NCBI GenBank assembly: GCA_964612055.1
Contig: CAZTBI010000001.1
Coordinates: 5,688 to 69,687 of the forward strand
DNA length: 64,000 nt
Direction: 5' to 3'
From: an uncultured Bdellovibrionales bacterium
Lineage (GTDB): Bacteria; Patescibacteriota; Minisyncoccia; Moranbacterales; UBA1568
The position numbers were made by a program, and so were the translations under genes. Below, one piece after another: positions 58,901-64,000 of the stretch (positions are counted from its first letter, which is position 1; every line of letters starts with the position of its first letter). Under the pieces are notes generated by a model. That model was not told the DNA's origin, ran no database searches, and saw only the letters and a program-made list of their open reading frames with translations.

Positions 58901-59725
58901 GATACGAAAACTCCATGGCAAGCGATACGGACGATGTCTGATGATGCGGAAGTTACACATAGCGCACTTGATAGTTGGAAGCCGCCAAAAGGAGTGAAGT
59001 TTACAACTCTTGCTGGGTGGGGGATGGATACGATATCTACCTTACAGTACGCAGAACATGAGGAAGATAATGAAGAGGTAATTGAAATGAGTCCTCAGCA
59101 TGTCGTTGATGGTGACGAGACCGTGGTGACTGGAAGTGCCTTGTATTCGAGCAACAGGAGTGATGTAGAACGGTATTGGTTGGATCTTCCGAGTGCTGGT
59201 GGTCAGACTCACTCAAAAATTTTTGATGTCCCGTCACTTCGTACCTTCATCCACAACAAAATTACTGGCGAGCCTGTGAACTCTCTCGATTACATCTATA
59301 CTTCCCGGCCGTCAGATTCTCAGATCAAACGTCTTCATTTCGTTCTGCATTCGCCACTGACACTCGGGTTCCGTGATGATCAAGGTCGCTATACCGGTAA
59401 GACAATCGATGGTAAAGTAAAGCTAGAGATTCCCGGATCTCAATATGAACGCTATGGTGAAGTGCAATGGCTCTCTCTTCCGGTACAGACTATTGGTCAG
59501 CTTGAGCTTGTCGGGACGGCTGATGGAAAATTCACCCTTGAGGTAAGAGAGAAGCAGGGTAATACTCTCAAGAAACAGATCGATTTCGAACGAATTGCTT
59601 CGAGGAAGGATACGTTTGTCCGGATGCGTTTCGATGGAAAATCTGGGCCGGTCGTGACTGATGATCTGAAGCTGGAAATTGACCTGGATCATAATGGGGA
59701 ATTCCAATCTATTGGAGCAAATTAG
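55940..59725 (+). CDS. Large secreted protein: beta-helix-like repeats plus LCAT/lipase-type alpha/beta hydrolase
   Basis: Signal peptide; three ~217-aa repeat units; NNWWG; LFLPGIMGS, PYDWR, VAHSMGG, GTPKA, DGDETV. Confidence 0.8.
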   Translation: MLYSAFVSRAVLVVTFSLFAFFAAPFLVSAATEVSGPIDTNTTWTKANGPYVVTGLVTVEKGVTLTIKPGAVVKVQQAGGGFYNGLTVKGKLNATGTATARISFTAYTDDSVGGDTNGDGSGTSPAPGYWTEIRVASKGIANLRYANVRYAGSTSEDGKSNGLRNDGGTLLFENGTLEYNENYSLYHSGGTSTVASSKVRNHNIAISVQNPFVSVTGSEFSGNQQVFDIGPGGNAWISESGNTIVDGQRGYISIPGANITSDTTWQGSSFPYVISGTVVVNQGATLTMNPGVIIKGRINNSLFMIQGTLLALGTAEAPIIFTAANDDAAGGDTDGDGGIPEAGYWKGIRVEPTGTARFDHTAVRYAGGYEYAYTEFSNLINQGGTLEFTNSETSFASQNGIKHNAGTTTVAGSNLAHTPVGVYITAPFVSVTDSVFDTTPTAISVAGGDYSSDIFTASGNTYVGNQVPIIEISSMNVVGNVTWGSSFPYVISGTVVVNQGATLTMNPGVIIKGRINNSLFMIQGTLLALGTAEAPIIFTAANDDAAGGDTDGDGGIPEAGYWKGIRVEPTGTARFDHTAVRYAGGYEYAYTEFSNLINQGGTLEFTNSETSFASQNGIKHNAGTTTVAGSNLTNNGAYGIESSLFSSNIDARNNWWGSPSGPYHATKNPDGTGNGISGRVSFQPWAMAPFDIGLSCVVGTKGCYSNVLFLPGIMGSNLYQSDEEKCWLQDMNHVGDTDYDCVRMSSADTPNTSGLRTKNLVSYDGLAAPYQAIEDAMKGWQTELGIAAITTPYDWRYDFDHTVRSGTVEGNGYISYEDTVSKGYIEKELRALAANSKTGKVTVVAHSMGGLVAKELFSKIGSSETARLVDKFILIASPQLGTPKAVAALLHGTDMALGSIFWTLVTDAQARGLSHDMQSAYNLLPSQEYLDSLERDGNGVPYDPAVRFSNENGYFDRMIGDYGDNIVDRTKLAGFMSDGQWSGTSFNDTKTPWQAIRTMSDDAEVTHSALDSWKPPKGVKFTTLAGWGMDTISTLQYAEHEEDNEEVIEMSPQHVVDGDETVVTGSALYSSNRSDVERYWLDLPSAGGQTHSKIFDVPSLRTFIHNKITGEPVNSLDYIYTSRPSDSQIKRLHFVLHSPLTLGFRDDQGRYTGKTIDGKVKLEIPGSQYERYGEVQWLSLPVQTIGQLELVGTADGKFTLEVREKQGNTLKKQIDFERIASRKDTFVRMRFDGKSGPVVTDDLKLEIDLDHNGEFQSIGAN
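56738..57831 (+). repeat. 443-bp apparently identical intragenic direct repeat (56738-57180 and 57389-57831)
   Basis: Matching sequence at an in-frame offset of 651 nt; ORF-track translations match in several frames. Confidence 0.9.
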
Positions 59726-59760
59726 GCCTTCCTCTCCTCTTTTTGTGATATACTAGAGGT

Positions 59761-60558
59761 ATGCATATATTTCTTTTTTTCATTCTCGGACTGGCAGTCG
59801 GGAGTTTTCTCAATGTTTTAGTCTATCGTTTGAAGGATGGTGAGACATTGGGTGGGCGTTCCTACTGTCGACACTGCAAGCATCAGATTCGCTGGTATGA
59901 TAACGTGCCGCTTCTGAGTTTTCTTGTTCTTGGGGGAAAGTGTCGTGATTGCAAAGAGCGACTTTCTTGGCAGTATCCACTCCTTGAGGCAGCGACAGGT
60001 ATTGGTTTTGTATTGGTAGGAAACTTCTTCTTTGTGCTTGAGGATCAAATGACGTGGATTGAAACTGGGTGGCTTCTGGGTATTGTCGCCTTGTTTCTGG
60101 CTATTGCGGCTTATGACCTCATCAATATGGAAATCCCGCTGTCACTTCTGGTGGCGAGCGCTTTGTGGACAGGGGCATTTCTTCTTATGACGTTGTATAT
60201 GGAGCCATTGCCGAGAGAGTTGTGGTGGGAAGCTCGTCTGGCGCAAGGTGTGCTTGGTGGTGGTGTGATAGCGCTTTTTTTCTTTGCTCTGGTGTACGCT
60301 TCCAAGGAAACATGGATGGGATGGGGAGATGTCTGGCTCGGTGGGGTGGCAGGGATGATTGTAGGACTACCGGCAGCACTTCTCATGCTGACGCTTTCTT
60401 TTGGCTTCGGTGCACTTTTTGGTCTCGGTATGATTGCGTTTCATAAGAAGGGGATGAAAAGTCAGATTCCTTTTGCTCCGTATTTGGTACTTGGTACTCT
60501 TCTGACGCTTTTTCTCCCGAAGATGCTTCCTCAATTGATAGGACAGATTTTGCTGTAG
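59761..60558 (+). CDS. pilD: Prepilin peptidase
   Basis: GSFLNV, RSYC..C, GKCR.C, YD, MGWGD, IPFAPYL. Confidence 0.94.
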   Translation: MHIFLFFILGLAVGSFLNVLVYRLKDGETLGGRSYCRHCKHQIRWYDNVPLLSFLVLGGKCRDCKERLSWQYPLLEAATGIGFVLVGNFFFVLEDQMTWIETGWLLGIVALFLAIAAYDLINMEIPLSLLVASALWTGAFLLMTLYMEPLPRELWWEARLAQGVLGGGVIALFFFALVYASKETWMGWGDVWLGGVAGMIVGLPAALLMLTLSFGFGALFGLGMIAFHKKGMKSQIPFAPYLVLGTLLTLFLPKMLPQLIGQILL

Positions 60559-60597
60559 TCATTTGCTCGTGACGATTTGGAAAAACAAAAAGAAGCT

Positions 60598-61119
60598 ATG
60601 CAAAAAACATCAAAAACTCTCAAAGCCTTTACCTTGATTGAAATACTGATCGTGATCGCTATTATCATGATCATGTCTGCGGTAATCTTGACGAACTATA
60701 GCAGTAGTCGTTCAGCAGAGCAGCTGGAAAGCGCGGCGAGAGAAGTGGAGGCAGCCGTGAGAGAGGCGCAGAGCTACGCTTTAACTGGCTACCAGGGAGT
60801 GGTCGCTACCGACCCCTGTCGCTTTGAGGTTCGATGGAGTGGGTCTACTTACTCAGTGACGTACTGGTATAAGAATGCGAGTGATGTTTGTGATCAGCGA
60901 CTGGTTTTGGGATCATACGCAGTTAGAAATGGCGTCACCTTTAATTCAGGTAGCAGTTTTTATTACACGCCGCCGTATGCCACAGCAGTTTTCTCCCCTC
61001 CGCCACCACCACCGACGGGTCTGCCCATTGTTTTGAGACAAGCGAGTACCTATCACACGGTCTGTGTGTATGCGAGGGGTGTCATTAATAATCGTACTGG
61101 GCAGTCAACTTGTCCGTAG
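60598..61119 (+). CDS. Minor pilin (FimT/GspH-like)
   Basis: KA|FTLIEILIV; AQSYA. Confidence 0.85.
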   Translation: MQKTSKTLKAFTLIEILIVIAIIMIMSAVILTNYSSSRSAEQLESAAREVEAAVREAQSYALTGYQGVVATDPCRFEVRWSGSTYSVTYWYKNASDVCDQRLVLGSYAVRNGVTFNSGSSFYYTPPYATAVFSPPPPPPTGLPIVLRQASTYHTVCVYARGVINNRTGQSTCP

Positions 61120-61125
61120 TCTTAT

Positions 61126-61695
61126 ATGAGTATCATGCGGTTAAAACAAAAGACGACATTGAAAGCGTTCTCGATTCCTGAGGTGCTGCTTTCTATGTTT
61201 GTACTGTCGATTGGTCTCGTTACTATCGTAGCGGTGATGGCGGGATCACTCCGTCATTCGTATGATACGAGTGAGCTGATTGTAGCGACCGGCTTGGCCC
61301 AGGAGGGCGTGGAACTGATCCGTAATGCCCGTGACAGTGGGTTTACTTTGGGATCTGGTAGAGGCTTCGATTATTTTTCTGATACTAATAAATATTGCCG
61401 AGCGCGGTATAATAGTTCTCAAACTGCTAATATCGACTGTTTTTCCAACCCGGACCCAGCGAATCGTTATTACCTCCAATACAGTGGCGGATTGTATGGT
61501 CACTTTAATGCCACGAAGGAGCGTTACTCCCGTTTCATTTATGTAGATTATGATGCGACCAACAAGACGGCCTTGGTGCGGAGTTTCGTCTATTGGGATA
61601 CCGCTGATATTCGACCAGCCGATGGTGATCCGGCGACTTGCAATGCTTCTTCGTCTTGTGTCTATACCGAGATATTTTTGACCGCTTGGAAATAG
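61126..61695 (+). CDS. Minor pilin (PilV-like)
   Basis: KA|FSIPEVL; LAQEGVELIRN.RD; LTAW C-terminus. Confidence 0.85.
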   Translation: MSIMRLKQKTTLKAFSIPEVLLSMFVLSIGLVTIVAVMAGSLRHSYDTSELIVATGLAQEGVELIRNARDSGFTLGSGRGFDYFSDTNKYCRARYNSSQTANIDCFSNPDPANRYYLQYSGGLYGHFNATKERYSRFIYVDYDATNKTALVRSFVYWDTADIRPADGDPATCNASSSCVYTEIFLTAWK

Positions 61696-61699
61696 TTGT

Positions 61700-62290
61700 A
61701 TGAAAATTTTTTTGAGAAAATCATATAAGGGACTGACACTCATAGAAGTGCTGGTTTCGCTGTTTATTTTTTCGATCATGATGGCGGCGACAGCGCAAAT
61801 TTTTACCAAGGCTTTTTCTGGGTATCGGAATACTCGAGCCATACAGCGTGATGTGGAAAATGCTCAGTATGCTCTAAACCTTATTTCCAAAGAGCTTCGG
61901 ACGAGTACGGTCGTCGCGCCACTTACTGGTCCTTTTCCGAAACCTTTCGCTTCTGTAAAATTCTATGACCATTCACAAGGGCGCTGTTTTTACTATCGTA
62001 TTGATACTACTGCTAAAGCTCTTCAGGTGGCGTCAGCGCTTTCCACAGGACCTGCTGATTGTACGACGAAGAATGTTGGGACCCCTGCCACGATTAGTAC
62101 TGGTACGGTTTCTGGATCATTTCAGGTGACGCCATCGTGTAGTAGCGTGGTAACGTCTGGGTGTACTGGAGCGAAACGGGCAGGTAAGGTAACCATAAGT
62201 CTCGATATCTCAGAAGGAGCTGGTTCTACTCATAAAGCTCAAATTCAAACGACCTCCTCGCTGCGCGATTTCGGATACATTGGCTTTTAA
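61700..62290 (+). CDS. Minor pilin (PilW-like)
   Basis: KG|LTLIEVLVS; SKELR; IQTTSSLR. Confidence 0.85.
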   Translation: MKIFLRKSYKGLTLIEVLVSLFIFSIMMAATAQIFTKAFSGYRNTRAIQRDVENAQYALNLISKELRTSTVVAPLTGPFPKPFASVKFYDHSQGRCFYYRIDTTAKALQVASALSTGPADCTTKNVGTPATISTGTVSGSFQVTPSCSSVVTSGCTGAKRAGKVTISLDISEGAGSTHKAQIQTTSSLRDFGYIGF

Positions 62291-62299
62291 CGTTATTGT

Positions 62300-64000
<1,701 letters not shown>

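Overview
Bacterial chromosomal window (standard code; TGA is used as a stop). Gene content suggests a Patescibacteria/CPR genome, possibly Moranbacteria-like (inference): complete type IV pilus locus, ComF, VanW, PrsW, CofE-like ligase, ApbE/FMN-binding/RnfD-like module, tRNA-Arg(GCG) and (TCG), many orphan ORFs. Identifiable genes include lexA, valS, tsaD, murI, recG, clpC, msrA, msrB, tag, partial ligA, nine tRNAs, one GH1 and two GH5 proteins, and a pilM-N-O-B-T-C/pilin/pilD/minor-pilin locus interrupted by an AT-rich glycosylation cassette and a 1261-aa repeat/lipase surface protein. I found no CRISPR array, transposase or integrase. The most unusual signals are non-coding: (1) elements downstream of four tRNAs, each carrying an inverted copy of that tRNA's own T-arm; three share a 29-nt GGGA-tetraloop motif and some end in a direct duplication of the tRNA 3' end; (2) two homologous structured elements with conserved loops but different stems (CCAGCG loop, TGTGA, ACCATGC bulge); (3) two or more promoter/terminator-bounded, heavily base-paired candidate ncRNAs; (4) a MITE-like element at the lexA -35 box; (5) short palindromes inserted in frame in apbE, tsaD and ligA. 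Both GH5 paralogues have Gln at the predicted nucleophile position. All structures were derived by eye, not computed.
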